64,000 nucleotides of DNA from the human T2T-CHM13v2.0 reference genome, Homo sapiens. Shown here one piece after another: positions 24,954 to 39,050 of this stretch. Numbering within the stretch: position 1 is the first letter of the stretch; every line of letters begins with the position of its first letter. Where the stretch lies: NCBI RefSeq assembly GCF_009914755.1, contig NC_060928.1; one strand, 5' to 3'. The notes under the pieces were generated by a model. The model ran no database searches. It was not told the origin of the DNA and saw only the letters and a list, made by a program, of their open reading frames with translations. The position numbers were made by a program, and so were the translations under genes.

Positions 24954-25402
24954 TGTGATAGTTAATTTTATGTGTCACTTTGACAAGGTTAAAAGATGGT
25001 AAAACATTATTTTGGGCGTGTCTGTGGGGATATCTCTGGAAAATGTAAACATCCGAAGATGCCCTGTTATCAATATGGGTATCAGTATGTGAACCCTCAT
25101 CAAATCTGTTGAGATAGAACGGAAAGGTGGAGGAAGGGCAACTTCTTTCTCTCTCTCCTTGAACTGAAACATTCATCTTCTCCTGCCTATGACATCAGAG
25201 CTTCCAGTGCTCAGGCCTTTGGACTCTGTGAATTACATTAGCACACCCCATCCCCATTCTCAGGAGTTCAACCCTCGGCTGAAATTTAAATCAGCTCCCC
25301 TGGTGCTCAGGTCCTTGGACTCAGATGAAATTACCCCACCAGATTTACTGGCTCTCCAGCTCTCACATGATTGTGTTTTCTTGGAGAACTCCAACTAATA
25401 GA
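24954..25402 (+). mobile_element. Solo MLT2 (ERVL) LTR
   Basis: Starts TGTGATAGTTAATTTTATGTGTCA, ends GGAGAACTCCAACTAATAGA. Confidence 0.85.
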
Positions 25403-25806
25403 GATTTTCATACTCCTCAAGGCAATTTATAACTTCAATGTAATATCTATTGACTTTCGAATGGCCTTTTTTGCCAAAATTGAAAAGCGGATCTTAAAAT
25501 TTATGTGAAAATTCAATGAGTCCCAAATAGCCAAAACAACCTTGAAAAAGAATAAAGAAGAAGGACTCACACTTCATTTTTTCCAGATTTGTAACAACGA
25601 TGAAGTAATCAAAACAGTATAGTACTGGCTTAAGGGATGTCATACGGACCAATGGAATAAGGTTGAGAGTCCAGAAATCAACCCAAACTGATTCTCAAGA
25701 AGAATGCTAAGACCATTTATAGAGAATAAAGTTTCCTCAATAAATGTTGCTGAGACAGCTAGATTTCCACATGCAAAAGAATCAGTCTTGATCCTACTTA
25801 ACTTGA

Positions 25807-26168
25807 TGTCTTAGTCCATACTGGGTGCTCCAACGAAATATTGTAGACTGTGTGATTTATAAACAACAAAATTTATTTCTCATGGTTCTAGAGACTGGGG
25901 CATCTAAGATCAAGACACCAGCAGATTTTGTGTCTGATGAGTGCCCAATTCCTCATAGACAGCTGTCTTTTTACTCTAATGTCACATAACTAAAGGGGTA
26001 AGAAGTTTCTCACAGACATTTTTAATAAGAGAATGAATAGCACTTATGAGAGCTCTGCCCCCATGGTCTATTAATCTCCCAAAGCCACCACCTCCTAATA
26101 CCATCACCCTGAGGATAAGGATTTCAGCCTATGAATTTTAGGGCAACATACATATTCAGACCATAGCA
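25807..26168 (-). mobile_element. Solo MLT1A-type MaLR LTR
   Basis: TGTCTTAGTCC...ATTTATTTCTCATGGTTCTAGAGACTGG...CATATTCAGACCATAGCA; about 360 bp. Confidence 0.85.
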
Positions 26169-26981
26169 CACAATATACAAAAAGAATCTCAAAATTGATC
26201 AAAAACATATATAGATGCTAAAACTATAAAACTGTTAGAAGAAAACATAAGGTGTTTTCCCTAACCTTGGATTTGGCAGTTGATTCTTAGCTTTAACACC
26301 AAAAACACATGCCAAAAAGGAAATAAAAATAAATTGCACTTTAAAAATCTCAAAGCTTTCGGTCAATAAAAGCCATTAGCAAGATTGTGAAAAGGAAACA
26401 TACAGGAATGGATAAAATATCTGTAAATCAGATATCTGGTAAGGGTTTAGTATCCAGCATATAGAAAGAGCTCTTACATTTAAACAACAAAAGACAAACA
26501 ACCCAATGGGCAATCGAATTGAATAAGCACTTCTCCAAAGAAGATATACAGATGGCCAACAAGCACATGAAAAGAGAAACCATTGATCATTAAGGCAGTA
26601 CATATTAAAACTAAAATGAAATACCACCTCACGCAACTCATATGGCTTTAATGAAGAACGTGAAAAGAAAAAAAAAAAATGATTGGTGGTGATTTCAAGA
26701 AACAGGCACATTCTGGTGGGAATGTAAAATCATGTAGCCACTGTGCAAAATAGTTTGATGATCCCTTAAAAAGTGCAACAGAATACTCAGCGCATTATAC
26801 TTGTAGGTATATACCTGAGAGACATAAAAACATATGTCCACACAGAAATTTGTTTACAAATGTATATAGCAGCATTATTCATTAGCCAACAGGTGAAAAT
26901 AACTCAAATATCTGTCAATGAATAAATGAATAAAGCACAGTTTTCTCAGACAACAAAATATTCAGTCAGAAAAAGGAATAA

Positions 26982-27358
<377 letters not shown>

Positions 27359-28405
27359 CAAAACCATGTGTGAAGGAAAGAAACGCATTATAAAAAGTCA
27401 CATATTTGTATGATTTCTTTTATATGACAACACAAATTCCTAGAGACAGAGAAAAAATTATAGGTTACTAGGGCTAAAAGGAATGGAGAATAGGGAATAA
27501 TTACTCAATAGGTATGGGGTGCTTTTACAGGATGATGAAAAATTTCTAAAATTAGAGAGATCTGGTGTTTTCAGAACATTATAAATACACTACTGCTGAA
27601 TGGTACACTAAAAACTGCTGAATCACAACTTTAAAATGGCTCGTCATAATATGAATTTGACCTCGATTTTAAAAAAAATTAAAAGTCCCATGATACACAG
27701 TATTTTTGATATAATCTCCACTGAGCTTAGGACCAATTTTATCAGAAGAAATTGGATATGTGTTTTACCAGTTATTTCTATTCCTCTATCTCAATTGTAT
27801 AATTGGCAATGGAATCAACTCCAAAGCTTCCAGTAAATTTATTTTGCTGAGAAGCAGAATTTTCAAAAGATAATGTCAATTCTGAAGGCTGTTTTCTTTA
27901 TTAATTCTATGTGTAGCAGTAATTATATTCCTGAGATACCAAATGCAATAGAAAGCAACGTTGGTCATTGAATAATATTTATCAGAGATTATTTAAATAT
28001 GAGCTTCCTAAAATTCCTATCTTACTCTTTATTAGCTGACAAATACATTCAAAATTATAATTCTGTTAACTTGTTTTTAAATCAAAATAGAATTAAGTAC
28101 ATTGCCTCCATTTTTGTATATTTAATAAATTTTACAAAAGATTTTAAGTTTTATTGAATTGACACTAGGAAAGGGAGCAGAGAAATTCATTTGCTATTTA
28201 GAACTCATTTTAAATGTTCTATGAAAAATAATGTAAGAACGGTACATGTTTAATTAGAAAAAATCAATGTTGTCTACTTCTTAAAACACATTTTAAAAAT
28301 CATAATTTATTAAGCACTACTAAAACTTAGATACTAATATAAGTGCTACTCTATTTTTTCCTAATAATTAGTTTAAATGGTACCATTTTATGAATACTAT
28401 ATATT

Positions 28406-28776
28406 CCATGGAATACTATGCAACCATAACATAGAAGGAGATCCTGTCCTTGGCAGCAACATAGATAGAGCTGGAAACCATTAGTTTATTCCCAGGTGAA
28501 CTACTGAAGAACAGAAAACCATGTACCACTGTTCTCACTTATAAGTGGGAAATAAACGTTGAATACACATGGACACAATGACGGGAACAATAGATACCAG
28601 GACCTATTTAAGGATGGAGGTTGGGCGGAGGGTGAATAGCAAGAAACTATTGGATACTATGCTTACTACCTGGGTGACAAAACCATCTGTACACAAAAAC
28701 CTCACAACGCAAAATTTACCTGTATAACAAACATGCATCTGTACACTTGAACTGAAAATAAAAGTTTTTTAAGAAA
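28406..28776 (+). mobile_element. 5'-truncated L1 3' end (old L1PA, about L1PA13-16)
   Basis: ORF2 end and 3'UTR with AATAAA; probable TSD GAATACTATATATT (28392) and GAATACTGTGTATT (28777). Confidence 0.88.
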
Positions 28777-29644
28777 GAATACTGTGTATTGAAAACACAC
28801 CAGGTGTGTGTATATATAAAAAATTAATATGTAAATAGATCTAATTTTTGAATCAAAAGGTACCATTACAGGTTTCATTATTAACATTCCTTATGTTATT
28901 CAAAGAAATTTCAACAGATTTAAGATTATTTTCTAGTAAAATAATATGTACATTGGAGAGATAATGTTAATAGAAAAATGAGACTAGAATGAATTAACTA
29001 AATATTCAAATATTTTTTAAAGTCTCCAACTGAAGTAATTTGTAAGTGCTGGTAAATGAGACTCAAGGCAGAAAATTGGAAAAAAACACTTTGGATACAA
29101 ATCTCAGTTCTGTCCCTAATAAGATCACATCGGACAAATAACTTTAAAAAGGGGACATTAGATTAGATTAACTTTAACATCAATCCTCTTTCATAACGTT
29201 TTCCAAAATATTTCATGTCACAACAAATTATTTCAAGAAATTATAAATTACTAGACAAAATTTATCTTTTTGCTGTGACTTACTTTTTAAGAATTTTAGA
29301 AACTGATAATAAGACATCTATAGGGTTTGCTAATCAGTTTTCAATAGCTTTTTGATCTTCACCCTCCACCCACTCTCCATCCTCAAATACTTGTACAGTT
29401 TTTCTGACTATTGCATGTCTCCAAATACGGAGTTTTCACTTAAAAAGTTAAGAATAACCAATATTGAAAGTTTGCTGTATTTCAAATGTAGCTCTAAGTA
29501 CTCTGTGCTTCTCAGCTTATTTAATCAATAAAACAACTAATTAGAAAGGTATGTAATAAATACACCTTAATAATTTTCCTGCATAGTATAGGGTCATATA
29601 TAATACTTACACTGCGTGAATATGTGAAAAGTAAAAGAGACTAA

Positions 29645-30032
<388 letters not shown>

Positions 30033-30390
30033 TGAATATACTTTCAGATTGTAAGAGAAGAAGGAGAAAAGTCTGGGAAATGGCAAGGTGAGACAATGTG
30101 ACATTTAAGGCTACCACAATTAACCACAGGTAGAGATTAGGTAATCTGCTAATAGGCAGTCCTAGATTTACACATGACAGAAGCCATATTATATAATAGT
30201 TTAAGATGTTTCCCCAATGTATCATGGTATTTATGACACTAATCACAAATCCATCTGTACATCATATATATTAAACTATATACTGTGAAGTTATTAATAA
30301 TTAATAAAAAGTATTATCCTTCAAAAGATAAAATTACATTAAAGGCATTTTAAATTAACATGATAATGGTGAGAAGAAAGTTGGTGATGA

Positions 30391-31821
30391 TTTCTTTGTT
30401 TTGATTTACTTTAAGTTTCAGGATACATGTGCAGAACGTGCAGGTGTGTTACATAGGTATACATATGCCACGGTGGTTTGCTGCATATATCAACCGTCAT
30501 TAGGTTTTAAGTCCCCCATGCGTTAAGTATTTGTCCTATTGCGCTCCCTCCTTTTGCCCCACAGCCCCCAGCAGGCCCGTGTGCGTTGTTCCACTCTCTG
30601 TGTCCATGTGTTCTCATTGTTCAACTCCCATTTATGAGTGAGAACATGCAGTGTTTGGTTTTCTGTTCCTGTGGCAGTTTGCTGAAGATGATGACTTCCA
30701 GCTTCATCCATGACCCTGCAACGGACATGATCTCTTTCTTAATCGGAAGTAAAGCACACCTCAGCAAATGCAAAAGAACTGAAATCATAACAAACAGTCT
30801 CTCAGACCACACTGCAATCAAATTAGAACTCAGGATTAAGAAACTCTCTCAAAACTGCACAACTACATGGAAATTGAACAACTGGCTCCTGAATGACTCA
30901 TGAGTAAATAATGAAATTAAGGCAGAAATAAAGAAGTTCTTTGGAACCAATGAGAACAAAGACACAATGTACCAGAATGTCTGGGACACAGCTAAAGCAG
31001 TGTTAAGAGGCAAATTTATAGCACTAAATGCCCACATCAGAAAGCTGGAAAGATCTGAAATCAACACCCTGACATCACAATTAAAAGAACTAGAGAAGCA
31101 AGAGCAAACAAATCCAAAAGCTAGCAGAACACAAGAAATAACTAAAATCAGAGCAGAAATGAAGGAGAAAGAGACACTAAAAATCCTTCAAACAATCAAT
31201 GAATCCAGGAGCTGGTTTTTTGAAAAAAGTAGCAAAATAGGTAGAATGCTAGCTAGACTAATAAAGAAGAAAAGAGACAAGAATCAAATAGACACAATAA
31301 AAAATGGTAAAGGGGATATCACCCCTGAGCCCACAAAAATACAAACTACCATCAGAGAATACTATAAACACCTGTATGCAAGTCAACTAGAAAATCTAGA
31401 AGAAATGGAAAAATTCCTGGACACATACACCCTCCGAAGACTAAACCAGGAAGAAGTCAAATCCCTGAATAGACCGATAACAAGTTCTGAAATTGAGGCA
31501 GTAATTAATAGCCTCCCAACCAAAAAAAGCCCAGGACCAGACGGATTCATGGATTCACAGCTGAATTTTACCAGAGGTACAAAGAGGATCTGGTAACATT
31601 CCTTCTGAAATTATGCCAAACAATTGAAAAGGAGGGAGACCTCCCTAACTCATTTTATGAAGCCAGCATCATCCTGAGACCAAAATCGGGAAGAGACACA
31701 ACAAAAAAAAGAAAACTTTAGGCCAATATCCCTGGTGAACATCGGTGCAATAATCTTCAATAAAATACTGGCAAACTGAATGCAGCAACACATTAAAAAG
31801 CTTATCCACCACGATCAAGTC
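30391..31821 (-). mobile_element. 5'-inverted L1PA (about L1PA7/8), single insertion
   Basis: 3' end and tail on the minus strand 30391-30740, ORF2 segment on the plus strand 30741-31821 (ORF 30967-31596); perfect TSD GAAAGTTGGTGATGA at 30376-30390 and 31822-31836. Confidence 0.95.
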
Positions 31822-31869
31822 GAAAGTTGGTGATGACTTTGATTGTGAATCTTGAGAAAGCTAAAATTT

Positions 31870-31990
31870 GAGAGGGGAGCAAGAAAAGGAGAAAAACAAG
31901 GAAAGAGGGAAGAGAGAAGTCAGAGCAAGGAAATAAAATGAAAGGAAGGACAGGAGGAAGGAAGAAGGGAGAAAGAGATGCAGGGAGGTA
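31870..31990. repeat. GA-rich low-complexity tract
   Basis: Seen directly. Confidence 0.7.
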
Positions 31991-33064
31991 AGAACATGAA
32001 GCATTAACTTCAGTTTGAGATAGGAGGGCAGTGGTTAGATTATGGTTCTGGTTGTAAAAAGATGTAAGATTATATTTCTGGTTTGGCTACTGACTTACAT
32101 TGCCCTTAGCCTCCTGTACCTTGAACATATCTTGAGATGTCTTTAATGGACTTTGATCTTATCTGAGAATAGGTGATGAAGGAGACATCATTTTCCTTGG
32201 TTCTAGCAGACACTTGACAGCAAGAGCTATCAATTTCTCATATGATGTACTGGATTATTCTTTTCTGGGAATCTTAACACTTGACTGGTCAAATTATAAG
32301 AAAATGTTGTAAGAAAAAATGAAAGAAATAGTTCCCTGCCTTTGGGAAATAGACTGACAGCAGTGGCAGACCTTTGAGGTTTATTACATTCTTTGTTTTA
32401 GTAGTGCTACAATTTTTAACATGCTTTTTTCTTTAAAAAATGTGTACACCATTTTAAAATAATTTGAAAGAAACAGCATCTGTTACTTTCCTCAGAAACT
32501 TATCTTTCCAAATTTATAGCACGCATTGATTTTTTTTTCTTTATGAACAGCCACTTTCTTTAGATTCTTGCAAGCTTTTATGAGCATCACCAGTTCAGTT
32601 TCCTTGGGGTTCTGATCTAAATGTTTTCATTTCTGTGCTATACTGGATATGATAACCTCAACTTATGTAATGTGGGGTATATGTGTGTGATATCGAATGT
32701 ATTACATCACAATTTCTATATATTTTGTGATGCCAAATAACACATTACCAAATCGAATGGCACATATATTTTAACATTAATCCAAAATTAACACTCCAGA
32801 AGGATTATTAGTGAATATTATACAGGAGACCTGTATTTTGTGGATAAACATGACATTTATCATAGCTCAAACAAATTTCTGTGCCTATTTTGAGGAAATT
32901 AAATCCTTACTTCAGATTACCTGTAAATAAATTAACAAAAAATTTTCAAAATAGTCTCCATTTATTTGTCAGGGTTTCAATGAATAACGTCTCCTGGTTG
33001 TAATTTCAACATCATCAGACATAAAACCTGTGAGGGATTGAAGAAAAGTAAAAGCTCATTTGGA

Positions 33065-33400
<336 letters not shown>

Positions 33401-33635
33401 AACTCATTTGGAAATATTTTATAGTAAGATTATAAAGAAATGTATTTTTTATGAAAAAAACTATATTCTAGTATAAAAACTATTAAAGATGCTTAATGTC
33501 TCAACCTTGAATTTACATGATTTTTAAATATTCTTGTGAGTAGTTATTTTTAAATTAAAAAACCTCTCAATTTTAAAAATATGATCTTTTAAAGAGCTAC
33601 TAAAATCGGCTAATTATATTATTTTTATGAAAGGG

Positions 33636-33999
33636 TATATTAGTCTGTTTTTATGCTGCCAATAAAGACATACACAAGACTGAGTAATTTGTAAAGAAAA
33701 AGAGGTTTAATGGACTCACAGTTTCATGTGCCTGGGAAGGCCTCACAATCATGGCAGAAGGCAAAGAGGGAACAAGGCCTGTCTTACATGGCTGCAGGCA
33801 AGACAGTTTGTATAGGCGAACTCCCCTTTATAAAGCTATCAGATCTTGTGAGACTTATTCACTATCGTGAGAACAACAAGGGAAAGACCCGCTCCCATAA
33901 TTCAATTACCTCTCACCAGGTCCCTCCCACGACAGGTGAGAATTATGGGAACTACAATTCAAGATGAGATTTGGGTGGGGACACAGTCAAACCATATCA
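33636..33999 (-). mobile_element. Solo THE1 (THE1B-like) LTR
   Basis: TATATTAGTCTG...GGGGACACAGTCAAACCATATCA, 364 bp, flanked by AGGG on both sides. Confidence 0.93.
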
Positions 34000-34339
34000 A
34001 GGGTTATGAAATCTTGTGAGTTTTTTGTTTAAATAACTGCCATTTTAATGCTGTGCCACTGATGCTACATATAGAAAAGAAAGGTCTGGATTTTATAACA
34101 ATACAAATTTTGTACCTAAATTATTAAATATTCTATTTTAAAATATTATTTCCAATATGCAAGCACAAAAACTGAGAATTTAAATGCAATTAGTAGAAAA
34201 AAACATTAAGGCAGTGCAACTAAACAGTATGAACTTTTTGGTATCATCTCAATGTGTTAGGGTGTGACAATGGCAAATATGTAGAATCTTTATATTTACA
34301 AATTCTGTATTTGCAAACTCAGAAATAGTTCTTGAGTAA

Positions 34340-34668
34340 CGCATTCATTAATTTTATGTGTCAACTTGAAGGGTGGGTAAAGCAAATTGCCTCCATAATA
34401 TTTGTGGGTGTTATGCAATCCATTGAAGGCCTAAATGGTACAAAAAGGCACTGCTTCCCCAGGCAAAAGGGAATTCCCCAGCAGACTTCAGCTGCATCAT
34501 CAGCTTTCCTGAGTCTCCAGCCTTCTAGCCTTTGGACGAGAGCTAAAATGACAGCTTTTCTTGGTCTTTAGGCTGCTGGTCCACACTGCAGATTTGGGAC
34601 TCCAGCCTCCTTCATCATGTGAGTCAATTCTGCAGAGATAGATGATAGATAGATGATAGATGATAGAT

Positions 34669-34714
<46 letters not shown>

Positions 34715-34769
34715 AAGATAGATAGATATTCCATTGGCTCTGTTTCTCTGGAGAACATGGACTAAAACA
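34340..34769 (+). mobile_element. Solo MLT2 (ERVL) LTR containing a GATA microsatellite
   Basis: TTAATTTTATGTGTCAACTTGA near the start, CTGTTTCTCTGGAGAACATGGACTAAAACA at the end. Confidence 0.85.
34637..34728. repeat. (GATA)n STR with 11 uninterrupted units at 34669-34712
   Basis: Seen directly. Confidence 0.97.
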
Positions 34770-35499
34770 GCCATTTATCCATCCAACACTATTTTAAGTG
34801 CTATTAGGTATCCTAGAAGATTGGTCAGGGAGAGACTTGAGAAGCAACATCCTGCCTATGCTTTGAATATGGCATACACTGTTGTGATTTTTTAATGAAA
34901 GAAAAATTTTGGTGCTAGATTCAGACACAAAGAAAGAATCTGAGAAACTATTAGAAATATATGGCAACACAGTCAGCCCTGTTTTTTTTTTTTTCTTTTT
35001 TTGTATCTACAACCATTGTTAACAGTGAGTAGAATATTCTCTCCCACACTCCACCACTTTGCTCCTTTAGATATGATTCCTGTGAGCCCTCCAGGGCTTC
35101 TGGGTCAGTAGAACTCTGCTAATCAAAGAGCTACTGAAGCCTCCAGTGTGAAGATGAGCACAAAATTAAAGCAGAAACCCATCTCTCTATTACTCTTGAA
35201 TGTGGCAGCTCCGGAATCCCAGAGCCCAGGGCTCATATTTGGAGTACCTTTGGACATATTTTAGTTCATCAGAAGTCTTCGTTTGTAGTGTTAGTTTAGA
35301 TGAATTGGTAAAATTGAAAGTGTATGAAATAGTAATATTTTGCTTCTTCTATCATCATTTATCTTCATTCCCAAATTCTAAAACACTTATCTTTCATGGA
35401 AGAAGTAGACTTTCATGCTAATTATTCTGAGATGTAAATGTGCAAGAGCACATGGGATCAAGTATATCCTGAGAGATGTTCCTTGATTCCTAGTAAGTA

Positions 35500-35745
35500 A
35501 ACGTCATACTTCTCTTGAACATGTTCATCCCCATTCTGCTTTATTTTTGTTTTTAGCATTCCCTGTTCATTGACATTACATATTTATCTATTTGTTTAAT
35601 AGATAAGAGGGTTTAATTGTACCCTCCTTTACTATACTCCATGTTTTATAATGAAAAAGATTTTACTTGTTTTCTATCAAATTCTACTTCCTGCACAGCA
35701 GATAGTAGATGATCAATAAAAAGGTCTTCCATATTCCTGAATGGA
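35500..35745 (+). mobile_element. L2 3'-end fragment
   Basis: Degenerate L2 tail (CAGATAGTAGATGATCAATAAA...CTGAATG). Confidence 0.4.
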
Positions 35746-37184
35746 GAAGTTAATTATTAAATGAATTAACTGGAAATTTTTGCCTAATTTTTTTTTCTCC
35801 TGTTGACTACCTCAATTTCCAAGTGCATCACCTCAGACAGCCATAAAAGAAGAATCTTCTTACATTTTTATTCAGATTAAAATAAGGTGAATTTGTCTTA
35901 ATTAATGGATGTTCCTGTTTCCTTGTGAAATGGTCTCAGATAAATTGTAAATAATAAAATGTGCCAAAATTTCAAGTAAAGAACATTTTCCATATAGTTA
36001 TTTTAAATATAATTTTCTTATTCTGGTATCATCATTGTGTAATACGCCAACAGTATATGTGTCTTGGATCATTTATCCCAGACTGTTCTTAGGAAAGCCC
36101 TATGTGTCTGACAATTAAATATAATTAATCAACAAGAATTGAAGAATAGCTGCAGCTTAATCACTTAGAGCTGAACCAGTCAAAATCCAAAAAAGAAGTG
36201 ACCATCTTTCTTCCACATAAGATCTTTTCTACTTCATAAATAACCCTGACCTTCTTGTAATTCATCATCATTCATAATCTCAGCAATGAGCAATGGGTAT
36301 TGTGTTCAGTGCAAAGGATTATACAAAGATGTATGAAATGTGTTTCCTGGCTTTAGAAGATTAAAATTTGCATTATATATTTAAACCATTAAAATAGTCA
36401 TGGTGTATATAATAGCGAAAGATGCAAATAACTTTATTGAACTTAAAACACAGGCGCACTCAGAAATAGCTCAATGCATGACTTGTCAAACCATTTCTGA
36501 CTCTCCTTGATGTTTTTCCAAAGTGTTGAGGTTCAGTTGGGGATTTCTTTTACATCAGTGCTGAATTTCTGCTCCAGATATATCATGTGTGACTCATCAC
36601 TGCTAATATATGAGTAATCTCAGGCTTTTGCTCTCCCTACTCATGAAAGAGGAATTGTTTTTTCCTGCTGAGTTTGTTTCCATTCCCCTAATTTTTGAGA
36701 AAATACACTGCCAGACTAATTATTTTTTAGTTTTGTTGGTTTTTTTTTTTTTTTTTTGCTTTGTGGGATTTAAAACTTGGATAAAACAGAAATGAAGACA
36801 GGAAGGAATTGGATGGGTTCGGAGTTAAGGAGAAAAAATCTGAAAGCAGCTGAGAGAAACGGAAGAACCATATGTACACTTCACAGTGTTTGAGAAATGC
36901 ACACAATAAATTTGGGAGTATCTTTGAATTTTATTATGCACGGTGTTTCTTTTGTTATGACACTGCTCTGAGTTTAGAACATGTTCAGGAAACCACATAG
37001 CCATTGCTATGTTTATTTTTTCCTTTCCATACGTATTTATTCAATGTTCATTCTCTTGGAAGCACAGTCTAATTGCATGTTCATTTATATGTAAAAAGCC
37101 AAGTGAAAACCTCAGACATCCTTGAGCTTATGTTCTAGGAATAGAAGACAGGCCAGAAGAACATGTTTACTTACATACTTGTAT

Positions 37185-37260
37185 TATAATTACATATATA
37201 CACATATATTTACATCTTATATGTATATATAACATTTTATATGTGTGTGTATTTATATAG
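37185..37260. repeat. AT-rich low-complexity (TA/CA) tract
   Basis: Seen directly. Confidence 0.65.
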
Positions 37261-37861
37261 TGATAATTGTGAAGAAAACAAATGATCAGGAAAGAATACT
37301 TGGACAAGAGTAGCTTTCCCCAGGATATGAAAAAAATATATAGACAACAATATTCCAGGCAGATAGACCTCTTAATGCAAAGGATTTCAGGCCAAAACAA
37401 GCATAGTGCATTAAAGCCTCAGGAAGTAGGCCAATTCAGGAAGCGGAGGCATGGGGTGTAAGGAGAGCCTGTTTAAGGTAAAAGAAGTAAGGAGAGACAT
37501 ATTGTCTAGAAATTTGTGGGTCACAGGAAAAGAAACAAGGTTTGTTTATATGTTTGTTTATTTGGATGATTGTTTCATGGAAGTCATGTAAAACCTTTAG
37601 ATTTCAGGGATGGTCTATCCAGGAGAGTCAAGTTTTAGTTGAGGCCAGAATGATAAGATTGCACCACTTATAAAGATATGGGGAAGAAAATTCCTGGAAA
37701 ATATCCTGATGTAGAAATGATCTCTGTTTTTTGAGGGGCACAAAAAGTAAATCTTTACAGCTTGGATTTCAGTGGAATTGAAAGAGATAGGGACTTATAA
37801 AAAAAATAAACACAGAAGCCAAAACCTTTGGAGGGATCTAAGCATGGTAATATAAATTTTT

Positions 37862-38037
37862 GGAAATTATTTGCCCAACTGTAGGTTAGTGTAAGTGTTC
37901 TAAATATGTTTAAGTTAGGCCAGTCTACGTTGTGATATTCAGTACGTTAATTATATTGAATTCATTTCACTAATGATATTTCCTACTTACAATGGATTTA
38001 TCAGCAGATAACCTCATCATAAGTTGAGCAGCATCTG
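37862..38037 (-). mobile_element. MER47/Tigger5 DNA transposon fragment (one end)
   Basis: Reverse complement begins CAGATGCTGCTCAACTTATGATGAGGTTA and continues to AGAACACTTACACTAACCTACAGTTGGGCAAA; TA at 38038-38039. Confidence 0.8.
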
Positions 38038-38039
38038 TA

Positions 38040-38795
38040 TGGTATGCCACTGAATGTATACATCACAAAGTATGTATCCATTCTAATGTTGTTGAAGGAT
38101 ATTTGGATTGTTTTAAGTTTCTGGCTGTTAATTATAATGCTACTGTGAAAATCTATGTACCTGTTGGTCTTTATATGTACGGTTTTATGTTGCGTGTATA
38201 CCTTGAGGTGAAACTGCTGGGTCATAGAGAATGCAGATATACAGCAAAGCAGATATGGAAAAATGGCTATCCAAATAGTGGTATCCTTTTACCTACCCAA
38301 AAGTAGCATATGAAAATTTTCATTCTTCATATGTTTCCAACACTTAAAATTGTCCATCTTTTAAAGTTTAGCCATGCTGGATGTGAAACAGCATAGTTTC
38401 ATTTGTACAGCCTTAAAAAATGTTATTGGTCACTCTAGCTATTCTTTTTTGTGAAATACCTGCTCAAATTATGTTGCCAATTTTTAGAGTGGGGAAGGGG
38501 AGTTGACTGTCTTTCCATTATTACTTTGAGTGAGTTCATTTTATATATTCTGGATATTAGTACTCTAGATAAAACAATTGCAATTTTTTAGAAGTTTCAT
38601 CATTTTATATTTAGATAAATAATCCACCTGCAATTGATTTTTGGGAATGCTTTGAGGTGAGAGTCAAATTCACTCCTCCTCCCATTGGTATGTCCAACTA
38701 GCCCACAACTTATCCAACTTAATTTACTGAAAACCTTTTCCCACTTCTCTGCCACCTCATATTTTACTGATTTAGTATAACATTGCTTTTTCTGC
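38040..38795 (-). mobile_element. Old L1M fragment (ORF2 3' part)
   Basis: Antisense L1 text GGATATTTGGATTGTTTT...GAGGTGAAACTGCTGGGTCATAG...TATATATTCTGGATATTAG. Confidence 0.75.
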
Positions 38796-38809
38796 AATGT
38801 AGGAAATGA

Positions 38810-39050
38810 ATGGTAGGTGAGCCAAGAGTGGGGAAATGGGAAAATGTTGGGGAAGATAAGAACAAATCGAACGTGACAGAGTTTTAGCAGTAGAGATGGA
38901 GAGAATGAAATTCAAAAAATGTTTTGGAAGTTAAAGATTTCCTGATATACTGAATATGGGTTTCTAGGGAAAGAGACAAATCAAGGATAACCTTGATTTT
39001 GGCTTAAGTAACTGAAAATACGGTGTGCCATTTTGAGTTGAGGAATGTAA
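38810..39050 (-). mobile_element. L2 fragment
   Basis: GCAGTAGAGATGGAGAGAA...TCAAGGATAACC...TTTTGGCTTAAGTAACTG. Confidence 0.6.

Noticed and set aside
30967-31596. 209-aa ORF as a gene
   Set aside because: L1 ORF2 fragment inside the inverted L1PA; frameshifted by a small GGATTCA duplication near 31543-31557.
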